In this document: in pieces, positions 40,001 to 53,876 of the stretch | How the letters are laid out: each line of letters begins with the position of its first letter | How positions within the stretch are numbered: position 1 is the first letter of the stretch | Origin: Balanoglossus misakiensis | Taxonomy: Eukaryota > Animalia > Hemichordata | Reading direction: 5' to 3' | Length of the DNA stretch: 64,000 nucleotides | Assembly: GCA_040954595.2 (NCBI GenBank) | Contig: CM082576.2 | Coordinates: 8,807,129-8,871,128 of the forward strand | The notes under the pieces: model-generated | What the model was told of the DNA's origin: nothing | Seen by the model: only the letters and a program-made list of their open reading frames with translations | The model's database searches: none | Translations under genes and position numbers: made by a program

Positions 40001-43000
40001 TATTCTGTTTCAAACATAGTTAATGGACAAATTTACATGACTTCCGACTTGTTATGATGTGCAGAAGATGACTGCACCATCACACTAGGCAAACGCTGCC
40101 CACTAGATTTGAACATGCCAGAAAAAATGTCTTTGCAAATACCACCTGTACTGATTAATGTTAGTACAGCGCTTGATCCACAACCACATTCAATCAAAAG
40201 ATTAGATTTTTACAGCGGCAGATAAACATCTGCATTAGATGAATCTTTTCAAATGTACCCTGATAAACATCTGCATTAAACAAATCTGTTTAAATGTTAA
40301 ATTTGTACTAAAATAACTTTCATATCGTCACATCGTTGCTACACTTTTAAATCAACAAACTCTAACATGTGTTATTAAAATATACTGAGCAAATACTTTG
40401 CAAAGTAAGCACCATCTTTTTTACGTCAGAATTTCAATTACTTTTCCCAATGGAGCCTTTGAATTTGATCGAAATCGTTACAACAAACAGAAGGTGCTGT
40501 GCACTTGTGGGCATTGTGACAATTGTATTCCACTATTGATATAGATAAATTAGTGAAAAAATCAAGCCATGTACAACACAATTGTCACTTCCAACCAGAT
40601 GAACAGCTACATGTTATTGAAACAGCGACACAAAAGAGGACGGCAAAAGACACACAATGTGAATTTTGCATTAAACCATTTCCTGCTCCGGCTTTTGTGC
40701 CATGCGATAAAAACGGATGAATATCGTCACACTCCGTCGAGATGCAACCATCACTGAATACCCCATGGCACACAGTGTTACTGTCGGTTCGCTTGGTACC
40801 TTTGAAGCTTGGGCGTCAAAACACCACAGATGATTGGAGCCGAATAATATGCCAAACGTCTGTCGATACCATGAATGTGCAATGACAATAAAAAAAATTA
40901 ATTGAGATCAATTAATATTACCTCCAATATTTTGATATCACCTGGTCCAAGAGGCACTTCCTGTTTCTGAGTTTGTTCAGAGTCGGGGGTTTCATGATTT
41001 TCGGCCGGCATGACTGTGGTAATACAGTTTAGCCAACTATATATATATATATACAAAGTATATACTACCGCAAAAAATGTGGTAGCAAGATTCTCAATAA
41101 ATATGTATTTACAGCCCCAGAATGTCTGGGAAGGTACTCCACATGTCTTGGGAACGTTACCAGTACTGAGAATTCACACTCCTCGTGCTAAAAACAGCAC
41201 CATCTTCAGATCGACACGATCAAGTATTGAATGTGGTTTTTCAGCAATTAAGCATAAAAATTATCAAATCATGTGGTAGCAGTGATGATGATGATACACA
41301 CTATCCCACAAATAACTGCATCTGCCAGCGGATGATGACTTTATCCATGGATTTGTCCTGCGTCAAAGGCACCAGTTTTCCACAGACACCAGTCAGTCGT
41401 TGAGATTCCTCTTCAGAACGAGAAACGGCGTGTGTGCGTACAGGAGTGTCTGATTGTAGGCCACTACACGCTGCATAGTTTTCATTTGAGCTGACACTGG
41501 CATTCAAACTGCACCTGCTAAAGCATCAGTTGTACTCCTCCCCTTCCTCGTACGGCGAGACCCACGGACAGGATGAAACCTCCAAAAACAGCAGTTGAGA
41601 TGTAGAGCCACGATTCGTGTCAGACCGCACGATTGAGAAAACATGTGTGAACTTCTGGTGAAACAGCTAGCAAGCACATCGGTGGTACTTGTGATGCATG
41701 TCCACAATAACAGGATTCCTGATTAACGGCAGCGCTGGCCACACAGCGGATGTGACACTAATGTGCGTGGTAGTTTTTTTTTTTTTTTTACATAATTAGA
41801 ATAAAGTGGGCATATCCAATGAAATGTGCCTATAGATCTCACATTTGATAGTGCTGGATCATGCGGCAATTCATCAAACGTGACGGTATATGCTGATCAG
41901 TAAAGGATCATGACGATCAGAAACAGGGCCATTGTCTCCATTGGCGCTTGCACGAAGGAGATCAGGACGAGCAGACACAGAGCGATCTTCAGCGTCCAAT
42001 GCATTGACTTCCTACAGTGCGCTTATAGTGTTGCCTTCCACTTCAACGCTATGCATGTTCACACCCACAACAAAGGGGACGAACATGAATATTAAACAAC
42101 ATCACTGCACAGGCCTGCATAATTAGACACCAGGATTATACCCAGTTCCCGCCAGTGAAATGTATGCACTGCTGAACACGACTACTGCAGTGCGCTGCCA
42201 TGGAAACATCAATAAACCAATTGTATTGGCCGTGCACCTTTTATTTAGCTGGCTCAGCTCATCAAACGAGCTGCAATGTCTGCAAAAACGCAGAATGTAC
42301 ATCAATCTATATTTCTTTTTGATATTTGCATATATGTTGAGTGCGTCTCGATAGCAACCTGTGAATATTCATGATGGCATCTAGCTAATAATATCATCAT
42401 TCATGTTGAATGTTTCGCGCACAGGAATATTCACAGCAAGAGTGGCCTGTTTTCAGACATCCACCATACAGAAGTGTGCATGGAAGCAGCCAGGAATGTT
42501 CTGAATACGGAATCACGTTGAAGAGCTAAAGGCTTTTACCCCACACTTCCATAATGGCAGGCCGGCATGAATAATTGATATTAGGATCTCTCCTACGGCA
42601 ATAAAATGTTTCCAGAGTTTCTGTTGAAGCCGTCATAAAATTTTCAATTTGGTTTGGTATGCTCTACGGTTTTTAACAGTTCACGGACTGGGGAGAATGT
42701 CTGGCAAACCATTTTATGACAGACACGGCTTTAAATTTAAAGACATCGCCAACACAAACACTACATCAATGACTGGTTTTTAAAAATATCCTGGCTGCTT
42801 TGAGAAAAGACCACCTGTACACGTGTAATAAGTGTTTATTGAAATGACTTCGCAGAACATTTATTTCTGGCTTCTAAATATAAATTTAATGAATTTATTG
42901 CAGTTGTTTAATCTTTCCCCATGGAACTCCCATACATCTGCTTTGAATTTTAACCAAACATCGGCTGTGGGCAGTGGCTATTAGGCTAGCTTAAAAAATA

Positions 43001-46000
43001 TGACTTTCTATGAAAGCTGAAGTTTGAGTTTAGGGGTGGGAAAGTAAAACTCTTCAATTTACCACATAACAGAAAAAGATTATGCTATTGAAACTTTATA
43101 CAGATTGAAAATTCAACCTATTGACTGAAGCTTTCCTGAAAATCGTATGAACCAGACCACTTCTATACCATACCTGACTGGGAGAGGCACACAAGTAGAG
43201 TTTTAATCTACGAGTTCTCTCTGAATATTTGAATCAAGTGTAAAAATTTGTATATTACTAACATTTTTATTCAATTATCTACCGATAAATGATTGTAAAC
43301 AAAAGGGGGAAAATGTACACCGTTGATCATGCCGCAATAAGTATTCTGATCACAAATATTTGTTGCAAATATTTTCATAACGGATAAAAAATATTAATGC
43401 ACTGTTGATAGTCATGTAGCAGCCAGGGATCGCGTTAACGCAGAATTCCGCGTCCGGGCCGCAAGCTTTTTTGCTGGGACGCGGGTTCACTTTGATGTCT
43501 GCGTCCGGGGAACCCCAGCTGAGCGCACACTGCAGTAATTAATGATTGTCTTGTAATTTTAATTTGTTTATTCAAAAACACTTTTACGGCTTGCTAATCC
43601 AGAAGATTGACACTTGTAAACAAAAACAAAGTGTGAAATAATCATTTGACTAAAGCATGTTAGAGTTTTCCTGACAACAAAAGAAAAACTGGCTTGGTTT
43701 TTTCTTTGGCAGGTCCGCCAATTGCCTTGTCAACAAGTTGTGAACGATGTGTCATTAATTAGGGGCCGATGTCGAGAGCGGGTGGTCGCGCGCGATCGCG
43801 GGACGTACCCAGCCGGCCGACTGCATCGAGCGGTGGACCCGATGTACCGCGCACGGTCAATCGAACGCGCGCGACCTTGTTTTCGACAGTTCAGCGGGTG
43901 TCTTTGTTGACTCTCTCGTTCTATGTGTTTGATTTCCGCAAAAAAAGAGAAAATTTCTCGCTTTTGATTATGCTTTTTACAGCCTGTCTATCTTCATTGG
44001 TGTACATGTAATCCTTTCACCCGTTTTCGCTTGAAAATCTTTGATTTATCCGACTCCATGTAGCTGGACTGGGTTAAATATGGGGGCAAAGCTCGTCAAC
44101 GATCAGAACACTCTGACATCGATAGCTATGCATCGCTTCCTCACTGTGGTTCCCCGTATAAACACAGGGGGCTCTCCCTCCGCGATTTTATTGTTTGTTT
44201 GTTGTTGTTGTTGTTGTTATTGATTGGCAAAATCTTTTTCTCAAGCTATATCAAACTTCAATGAACAGAAAGCCAGAAGGAAATTACTTTATAATAAAAA
44301 ATGAAACGTTCATAGAAAATGAAAATAAATGTGGTAATACACTTAAATTGTGATGTTGACTTCGCCAGTAAGTGTGTGGCGAGTACGTATGTGTTATAAT
44401 ATATTGAAAAAATGGGGACCCACAAAAATATTTAGGGACCCCTGATTTTCACAAGGAAGGGGTCCCAGGGACCCCAAGATTTTGAGGCCTAGCGCAATCC
44501 CTGGTAGCAGCTATTAGGAATTACACCCTTAATAGCTCTGCACATGGGAATCATCACGTAGGTGCAATTACATCAGCAATGTGGCTGACACTATGTTGGA
44601 GATTAATTATCACACATGAGAAAATATGTAACATCTGCAATGTGTGAGTGACATCATCGTAAGGGGCACTAGTCGCCCCTTGACAAATTGCTAGGGGGTG
44701 TGAAAATTCCAAGCCCCCCCCCCCCCCTTTTCATCCTATACGAACAGCTGTGATTTGCATATGCATATATGCAAATATAAGCTACAATTAAAACCAGTTT
44801 ACAGATTCCTGAATTAACTGGATTTGACAAAAAAGGAACTTGGTAGTTTTATTGAACTTTATCTGATAATGACAGATGGCAGTGAAACTGAATGGCTGTG
44901 AATTCTGAACAATGACCTTAATACTTGACATTATTCATATTCTCATAAACTTCAATATCCTAGTGGGATGTTGCATTGCATGTCTGGCGCAGTTGAATTT
45001 CCTGAAGCTATTACGAGTGCATCAGGGGCGCCTTGAGGAACACAATTAAAGCTCAGCGTGTTTCATTTAAGTAGACCTTGGCAACCACTAAGAAATGTCT
45101 TCAGTATGTTTCACATCAGTGTGTGCATTTATAACCAGTGCATTGCCAAAGTAAGTCGGTGTACAGGTACGCTTGTTGCAGTCGATAAAATCATAGAACA
45201 GCTCTTGTACACTGCACCCTTGGAATAATTTTTCAGGGAGTACAGCGAATGATCCCAATCTTAATCCATTCTCTGTTCTGTTAAATTGAGAGCTTTTACT
45301 TCAAATACAAAAAAAAAGAACAGAAATAAAGGTATTCGCCATCATTCTTTCTCCTAGAAAATTAACACAATTAATAATTATAAGTTAATGTTAGCGCTTA
45401 GCAGCCATTTTGAATATTAAATGCAGCCATTAAAATTTTGAAATAAACAGATTTTCTGATCCAATCAACCACACCTGCGTCTTGATGTGAAGGGAAAAGT
45501 TTCTTCGATCATGGCATGCAAAAGAAACTTTCAGAAATCACCTGAGGTGTGTGCACTAGTTACATGTACTTTACCAGGTCAATAATAAATTCATACTTCA
45601 TAATCCAATATAGGTCTACCTACTCAATTTCATTGTGAGGTCCCATTACTGGAGACTGATATTGATTTTTTAAGTTGTAATTTCTCATTTTAGCCACAGC
45701 AAACAGCAGAGTGGTCGTTTCGTTTTATCAAACCAATTTGTTGTGACAATTAAATGTTGACAATGATTACTGGACAAACATAAACTCTACACACTCAAGC
45801 TCACCAGCATTTTCCATATTTGCAAATGCTTGTGGATGCACACAAGGTATATGCACAAACAAGTTATCAATTCACCTTCACAGTTTAAACAAAATTATTG
45901 AAAAATTGTAAAAGCAACAAAAATCATTTTTATATTGATCATACGGTACTATTACAACATAACACCGAAACTTGCATAGCATTTTTTTCTATTACTTGTA

Positions 46001-49000
46001 CATGCATTAGGTATCTTTTACAAGGAGTCGTAACCCAAAAACTAATGATATCTAGAATTTTCATCATTCCGATTTTTTAGAACCTTATGACTGAAAATTG
46101 AAAGTAGTCGAGTTTTGTGAGATTGTCTACATTTATCTTGGGTACCTAGCAACTTTCTGAGCACTTAACAAAAGGCAAACATCTAATAGATTTAGTGGCT
46201 GTATTTAGAAAACTTCAAAAGGGATTTTTATACGTCACACACTCTACAATGAAGAGCACTGACGCGAACTGTCTGCTCAACTTTTACCGGCAGCAATAGG
46301 GTCTGAACATTAATATTCTTTTCTCAAGAACGTCACTTCAAAAAATGGGCTATCAATATAACATTTGTGGCAATAACGTCCATTTTTAGAACATAATCCA
46401 TCAAAGTTTTTATGACGAAAAATGAAATTTGTGGAGCCATGAGGAAAGAAAGATTAGTTACTTCATCTTGAAATTCTTGTGCAGTAGTAAACATCCTATC
46501 AAAATGGATTATAGTAATCCTCCATTGAAGTATGCATAATCAAGCTACACACAGTTGACTTGTGTGCCATGAATATTTTACACAGTTCTTTCTCTTTTTA
46601 TATAACAACTCTGTTAAAATGCGGACTGATACCAATTGGCTTGAAAATGCTCTTCAGTACACAATATCAAGCAGCCCTTTTTTTATTCAAATTTGATTAA
46701 TTTCTTATTTAAATTCCCATAGATTTGCACCTCAAATATGTACATTCAGCACACAGATAATTATCCCAGTTGAGAGCAAATTAGCAAACTTTGCATTAGG
46801 AGATGAAAGGAATAATACATTCAATTACTTTAATTGATTAAATTTTCTTCCTCTTGTGAGCTTTGACAGCGTCAATGAAGCCCTGCCAAGTTTTAATGCG
46901 TTTATTCTCTCCCTTTTCTGTGCCTTTGTGGAGATTCTTTCATCACCTATCAATGTGACAAGCATGTCTCCATGTAGACACGGTGTTCTCAATGCCACAT
47001 GTTAATTTCTCAGTGTTGAACCGTAAACAGTGGAGATGGCACGGACCGGAGAGAGCAAAGAAGCACCTTGCATTCTGAGCATACCCCTGTGGGCCATCTC
47101 TAATTTGATTAGGCCACTCAAGAGCAAAACACTCTACGAGGGGTAAAACTCACGGTTAGCTGACACTGTTGCTGCGTGAAATGAAAACAGACCACCTACA
47201 CCACCGGAGAAATGCACAATTAGATTACCGAGCAAGGTTGCCTCGACATTATCATTTGGCTGAAACATCAGAGCGTTTTTGGCAAAGCGGTAAATCCCAG
47301 CATTGCAATTTAACAGAAAATTATTGTTTCCTTGATTTATTTTTGTCATGCCGGAGAAAGCCCCTGGTAACTTTTATTGGATAAAATTGTTTTTACTGGT
47401 ATCCCTCTGTTTGATTTGAGCAATTTATGTTTAACCAGCAACGGGTACGGCTTTGCATCTATTATTCAAATTAACCCATTCATTTGCTGCCTCCCCTTGA
47501 TTTGCTAGATTTGCACGTCACGGACAGGAAATTGGATCATACTTCATAACATTACTCACGCATTAGTTGTCAGCGTTTAGTGTTTCGCAATGCTGCAATT
47601 GAGTTCAATTTGGACGAAAATCAATGAGAGGCATTGATGGCAGAAGCCCCTCTTCCAATGCCACGGTTTTGTCAATAGTTTGCAATTCACGTAAACGATG
47701 ACGAAAACTCGTGTAAACAGGTGCAACATTCAAACGTTTTCCTATCCTTTCAAATGCGCTCCATGTGATTGATACTGGCGGGTGTAAAATTTCATTTTGA
47801 GTCCATTAGTACCGATATTATTTATGTGCACATTTTTGATTCTCCTGACCAACACCAAGCAAATGGAATCTCTGACAAGAGATATGGTAAATAGGTAATT
47901 CAATATTCCGAAAAATGCAATAATCCACTACCGTTGACACAAGAAAGTACGCAATAGGGACATGGTAACACAGAACATGTAGTGTGAATCAATATGCCAC
48001 ATGATAATACCACTGCCTCTCACAGGGAAATGCAAAATCCAGCCTGGTACAGTGACAGAATCCATGTGTATTATAAGTTTAATGCTATAGATCCAGAAAC
48101 CTATGATAACTATGTTTCTGTCCTCTCTTTGATCAAAATTTTGAAGAATGAGAGCTACGTAAATCCAAACAATGCACATCCACGTCATTGACTTTTTTTC
48201 AGAAATCTCAAAAACATACCGAGAATCCCAGGAATGCATTAGAGAAATTACTTGATTTTTCTGTTGTGACTGTGCATGCAATAAGGTTTGACATTTAAGC
48301 TGTAATAGGCGCACCGGACCCAAAGTTGTTTCTTTCAATGTTCTGCCTGTTGTCTATTGCTTGCTTGGATAATAAGACGACAAAATTAACCAAAACGACC
48401 TCAGTTATCACACGGATTCTCAATAAACGCGTGAGAGAGTCACACGCGAATGATGTCCAAAGCTCTTGGATTATGCCAACATCACATTTACATGAATATC
48501 TGGCAGTCACATTCATGAAATATGAACCGTAGACACGTTTTATCTATCCCCCACATTTTCAAGCCTCATCACTGTACTCGGTACTGTTCATAAATTGTCT
48601 GCAACCCCGGGGGAGAATTTTCCATTTTCCATTCCATATGCATCATCATAGGCTGACTGTTTAAATGTCACGCACGCACACCCTGAGATAAAAAACTTGA
48701 CGTCTTTGTGTTGCATTCCCTGCAAATTTACATGTACACACATCTACAGCTCTGTCAAAGTTTCCCTTCTCTATGCTGTAAAATTTCAGCGAGGTTGATC
48801 CTGCTTTGGGGTAGGGGTCTGAACTGCAGGTCCCTATACGATTCTGAGTATGAGCAAAATTTTAAGGACAGAATCAATAACACCAAATTAATATTTCAGA
48901 AATGATATTTAAATATGACATGTACAGGTACCGTATGTGGTGATATTTGAATAAATCTGGTAAGTTTGAAAACGGCTCTCCCCTTTTTTTCTCAAAGGTG

Positions 49001-52000
49001 TGATCCACAAAATTGCTGTAGTTTACGCAAGCCCTTTCCTTGTAAGACATGAACCAGTAGTCGATCAAATTGAATGAAAATCTACAACCGCTTCAGTTTA
49101 ATGAGAAGATCACGAAATGAGAATGTTTACAGTTGTGAACCTCTTTCCCCGAGAAGTGATCTCTCTTGGGGCAGAATGTAGGTTTCACTTACTTCTCTGA
49201 GCGTGACCTCAGATGACATGATGTGAGAATAAAGCCTGAATAAAAATAAATCACATCACAAGCAAACTGACTTGAATGCATAGTTGCCGCAAGTAGGTCA
49301 TTATTCTGTTCTGCTCTTAGCCTTGATCTTTTGACTTACTTATTGGTTTAATAATTAATAGTGGAGTCGCATCAGAAAATTGATGTCGTCCCTGCGCAAG
49401 GGTAATCCTTTAGGTTGGCCCAAAATAGCCATGAATGTGGGCACCATACTACTACGTCAGACCAGAACTGGACTAGGCTTGTAACCGTAGGGAGAGGGTT
49501 TAGGTTGGATGTAAAATCAGAATTGTGCCAATTTTTAAAAACATCTTTTTGCCTCCAGCATGCTGTCTACAACTTACAAGGACACAAAATATTACTTAGG
49601 TGCGTCATCGGTTGCAAGCCACCACTGCCACTACAATCTTTAAATAAATTTGAACTGCATAATCCCTTGCATCTTTAATGAGACATAGACTTTGATCACT
49701 GAATTGTTCATGAAGCATAGCTGCAGTAAAAAATATCCTGATGATTCATTCTTCATCCTAGAATGTTTGTACATTATCTAGTTGTAGAGCATATTAAATT
49801 TAAGATATGTTTCCCATCAAAAGAAAGAGATACAGTCCAATTGCCATTTTCCCTTCGGACATGACATCGGTTTATGTATTCATTGAAAAATATTGCCAAT
49901 GAATGAATGATTGAGTTGACATTTACAGAACATAAACATCCTTCATCTGATAACGCAGTGACACTAAAATAGCTATACACATATTGTCATTACGTGTATC
50001 TTTATGCATACTACGTAATCGCTTTGCATTCAAATCCAGTACTAAAAACCATGTTTGTGATAGTAATTCATTGAAAAATATTGCCGATGATTGTGTTGAC
50101 ATTTACAGGACATAAACAATTCTCCATCGTACAACTCAGTGACACTGTGATGCATACCACTGCTTTTGTCAGTGTTTGTCCCCTTGGGTGGCCGTGGGAG
50201 ACGGTCCAGAAGGGAATGTGTCCCATGTTTCACTTTTTCTCTTAAGGCAGGTGACTATCCAGATGCAGTGCATGGTTATCACATTCCATAGCCTTACGTG
50301 CAGAATGTTTAGAAAACAGTTTTACAATATTGTAGTTTTCTTTAATTGTTCACAAGGTGCCAAAAGAGTGATTGAATGATACACAGAAAACCCTATGTCA
50401 CAGTGCAAGTATTTTTTTTCATAGACCTGTTCAGATATTTTCACCACAGGAAAACTATAGGATTAGGAGTGCGAGAAAAGTGGTGGATATAGATCAGTGC
50501 ACACAAACACCATCACGAGAGGGCTCTCTACAACAAATTTTATCACACATCTTCCTAGAGGGCGCCCTCCACCACGTCCTCGGATCCTTCTGTGCACCAG
50601 ATGAGGTGCTACATGTACAGATGGCAATATGCATTGATGACCTCCTCTTCACTATACAGACTGACCCATTTACATATATTTATACCTTGAATAGATTGAT
50701 GGAATTCAATTGTGTAATAGTGTAAATCAATGTTACTTGGTTGGGGCCTTAGATGGGGATTTGTGTCTATATATAGTGTACAGGTATTTTTAGTTATTAT
50801 TGCACATCTTCAAAATTCCTCACACCTCTCATGACAAATCAATTGATCTCAACCCAAAATAAGGCCAACTGCACTTACGTTGACCATGAAAAACAAAAAT
50901 AAAGCAAAACAAATATTTTTATATCTTTACATAAAGAAAGACAAGTGGATCGCATATTCTGTGCTGATTAACATAAGGTCTGGTGCGATACACGATCTAG
51001 TCAGCGGTTGTGCTTTGTGTATTACTATCGACATTACTCATCAAAATAAGTGAAGATTTTGTTTTACCGATTTGCATATGACTCAGTTTTAATTATAGAC
51101 TTATATTTATTTATCTCTTCACCATTCTGTCACAGTTTATGAGTATATACTGCAGCACACATGAAAATTTAGTATCAATCTACAGATTTCTATACAAAAT
51201 GTTGTATATGCATAATCTTTTAAATGTGTCATACCAGTATAAAGCACTGGCCATTAAAGATAGAGTTAATCTCATGTTATGTTAAAGAAACTGTGCCATA
51301 AGAGGTATTCTTACAATCTTTGAGCATTGATATTTCAGAAGACATCGTGGCCTAGTGGTCAGGGTGCCGGACAAGCAATCAGAAGGTTATGGGTTCAAAT
51401 CCCCGACCAGCCCATGATGTTGTACCCTTAAGCATGCCACTTTACTTCTCCTTTCTCTAGGGGTACCGGCTTTGTACAGGTTATTCACACCTGTTCCAGT
51501 CGTCCTTACCAAGGTAGACACACTTTTTGTGTTTGCTATGGATCTTGAAGTATTTTTTTTTAATAAACTCAAGGGGAAGGATGGACTTTTTGGATATGTC
51601 ACAGCAAAATGTTCCTGTGGCAAGCTTGAATGAAATCAATTCTGGGTAAAAGCACTTTAAAACTGTGTGTTTTGTTTTAAAGTGCTATTACCCAGAATTG
51701 ATTTCATTTCATTTGCTGTGACATATCCAAAAAGTCCATCCTTCCCCTTGAGTTTATTAAAAAAAATACTGCAAGATCCATAGCAAACACAAAAAGTGTA
51801 TTTATTTCGTAATATAACAGTCATCAATGCAGTATATTACGAAACAAATCATAGATGTCATATAGTGGACTCTCATCGCTTAGCAACTGAACAAGAACCA
51901 GAACTATATAAACATTGTGTATGAATGATCATGGGTGATCACACAAAATCTTCTCTGGCCATAGAGGGTGCTAAATGCATTCCATAAATATACGAACTAC

Positions 52001-53791
52001 ATACCTTTTGCACATTTGTCTGACATGGAAGTTGTCAGTTTCATTTGAGCGTCATAACATGTTATCCAGTAGGACATTTTAATCATGATGATGGAGTTAG
52101 TCGAATAAAAGGTCCAAGAATTCAATAAAAGGAGCGCTGGGACAGAGATTACGGCAGGACCACAAGTTATAATATTAAAGGCCATTGCTGTCACTTGCTA
52201 TAATCATCACACTATAAGCGAAAAACCAGAATGCCTGATGCACACATAGTCATTGCAAAATATAATCTACAAATTATCTTACTGGGGAAGAAAATAGCTA
52301 CTACAGCCACTTTATTGAGAAAAGCCAACAGATTCACTGTCACATCTCCAAGGCGACATTACACTCTATCATTCATAATTAACATTAATAGGAGCATTAT
52401 TTAAAATGGCAACACATCAATTCATACAAGTCCTAGCAGATGCATCAGGGATGTAGAGTATCCATAGCGACAAGCAATAATAAACATATTATTTGTGGTT
52501 TATTGAGGAAATGATGTGACTATAAAAAGAACACGCCATTTGGCATTTCCATACTGAAGAGAAAATTGACGAGGCAGCGGAAGACAGCACATGTCCATGT
52601 ATTCTGGTCACATACGTTGAGTGGGTACGAAGCAGACACGCATGTCTTTGAGTTGTCATGATCAGAGCTAGCTGTCTCCGCAATTCAACATGTGAACTGG
52701 TCACAAGATAATTTGTCTCAACAAGTGTGCCCATGAATGCCAATGATGTCAACTGTGCAGTGTTATTAGCACATTGTTAATTTATTCATAAATAATTCAA
52801 AACAACACTTCTGGAATAAGAGTCTCTATGACTTTCATTTTTGAGAAAGATATCATATTTGTATCATATTGTTGCGGCTTCTGAGAGATAACAGATCTTT
52901 ATACACGAAACGTCACAAAGGCCACCTTTAATGTATATCCTGATTGACAGAATAATTATGTAATAATAATAATAATTTTAAATAAGTATAGGAATGAATC
53001 AAGCTTGAAATTATTTCAGTGGTATAGAGATTGCTCTTCATCAGAGCAAATAGTTATCTCTACATGTACATGGTTGAGTTCACATCACAGAAACTAATTA
53101 TTTTTAACATGTCGGGAGGTAGCCACTTACGACAAGCACAACACTGAAGGATGCTTTGTCGTTGACTTTCCTCCTGTTTTATCAGACAACTCCAACTATT
53201 CAGATTTATTCTGCATTAGTTGTATGAGTAGGGAATGTGATTTTTGAAAACTGCACAGGGAGTGTCCACTGGAGGAGAAGAGATAAGGGATGGAAATCTG
53301 CAGTTTGAAATGGCACGTCATTCTCTGCATGGGGTTGATGCAGGATTCACATTCTGGTGATGGATATAATTCCCAGCCAGTCAATTGGTTAAATGGAACC
53401 CTGTATGATTTAAAAGCTCTTGGGAAATCTCTAGATCATCTGCGTTACCTCTCAGTGCACCGAACTTTGAATAATACATACTTTATAAAGCTTTTAATGC
53501 ACTGTGACGTGTTAGTTTGAGATTTTCAAGTTATATATCCAGTTCTCAAAACCACCTTGCATAATCAGTGCAATCTCTAAGCCAATGAGTGTGGTGCCGA
53601 TTTAAAAAAAAATTCTCACAACACCAGAAAATACATGCTAAACAAAGCATTTCTTACAGAATTATATATTTTATTGGAATAATATTCCTGGGTGGATAGT
53701 TCTGGTGTAAAACTTGGGAAATATAACAGATTTTGATATGTATATCATTACACATGATAAAGATATTGTGAAAAAAGTACAACCAATGTGG

Positions 53792-53876
<85 letters not shown>

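Noticed and set aside
41300-42354. Cluster of short ORFs suggesting a nested gene or retroelement
   Set aside because: No recognisable domain and no consistent splice structure.
47928-48532. 136-aa ORF and overlapping ORFs
   Set aside because: No recognisable motifs; consistent with chance ORFs in intronic DNA.
51341-51415. tRNA gene
   Set aside because: A and B boxes are present, but the acceptor and anticodon stems do not close and a SINE-type body follows.
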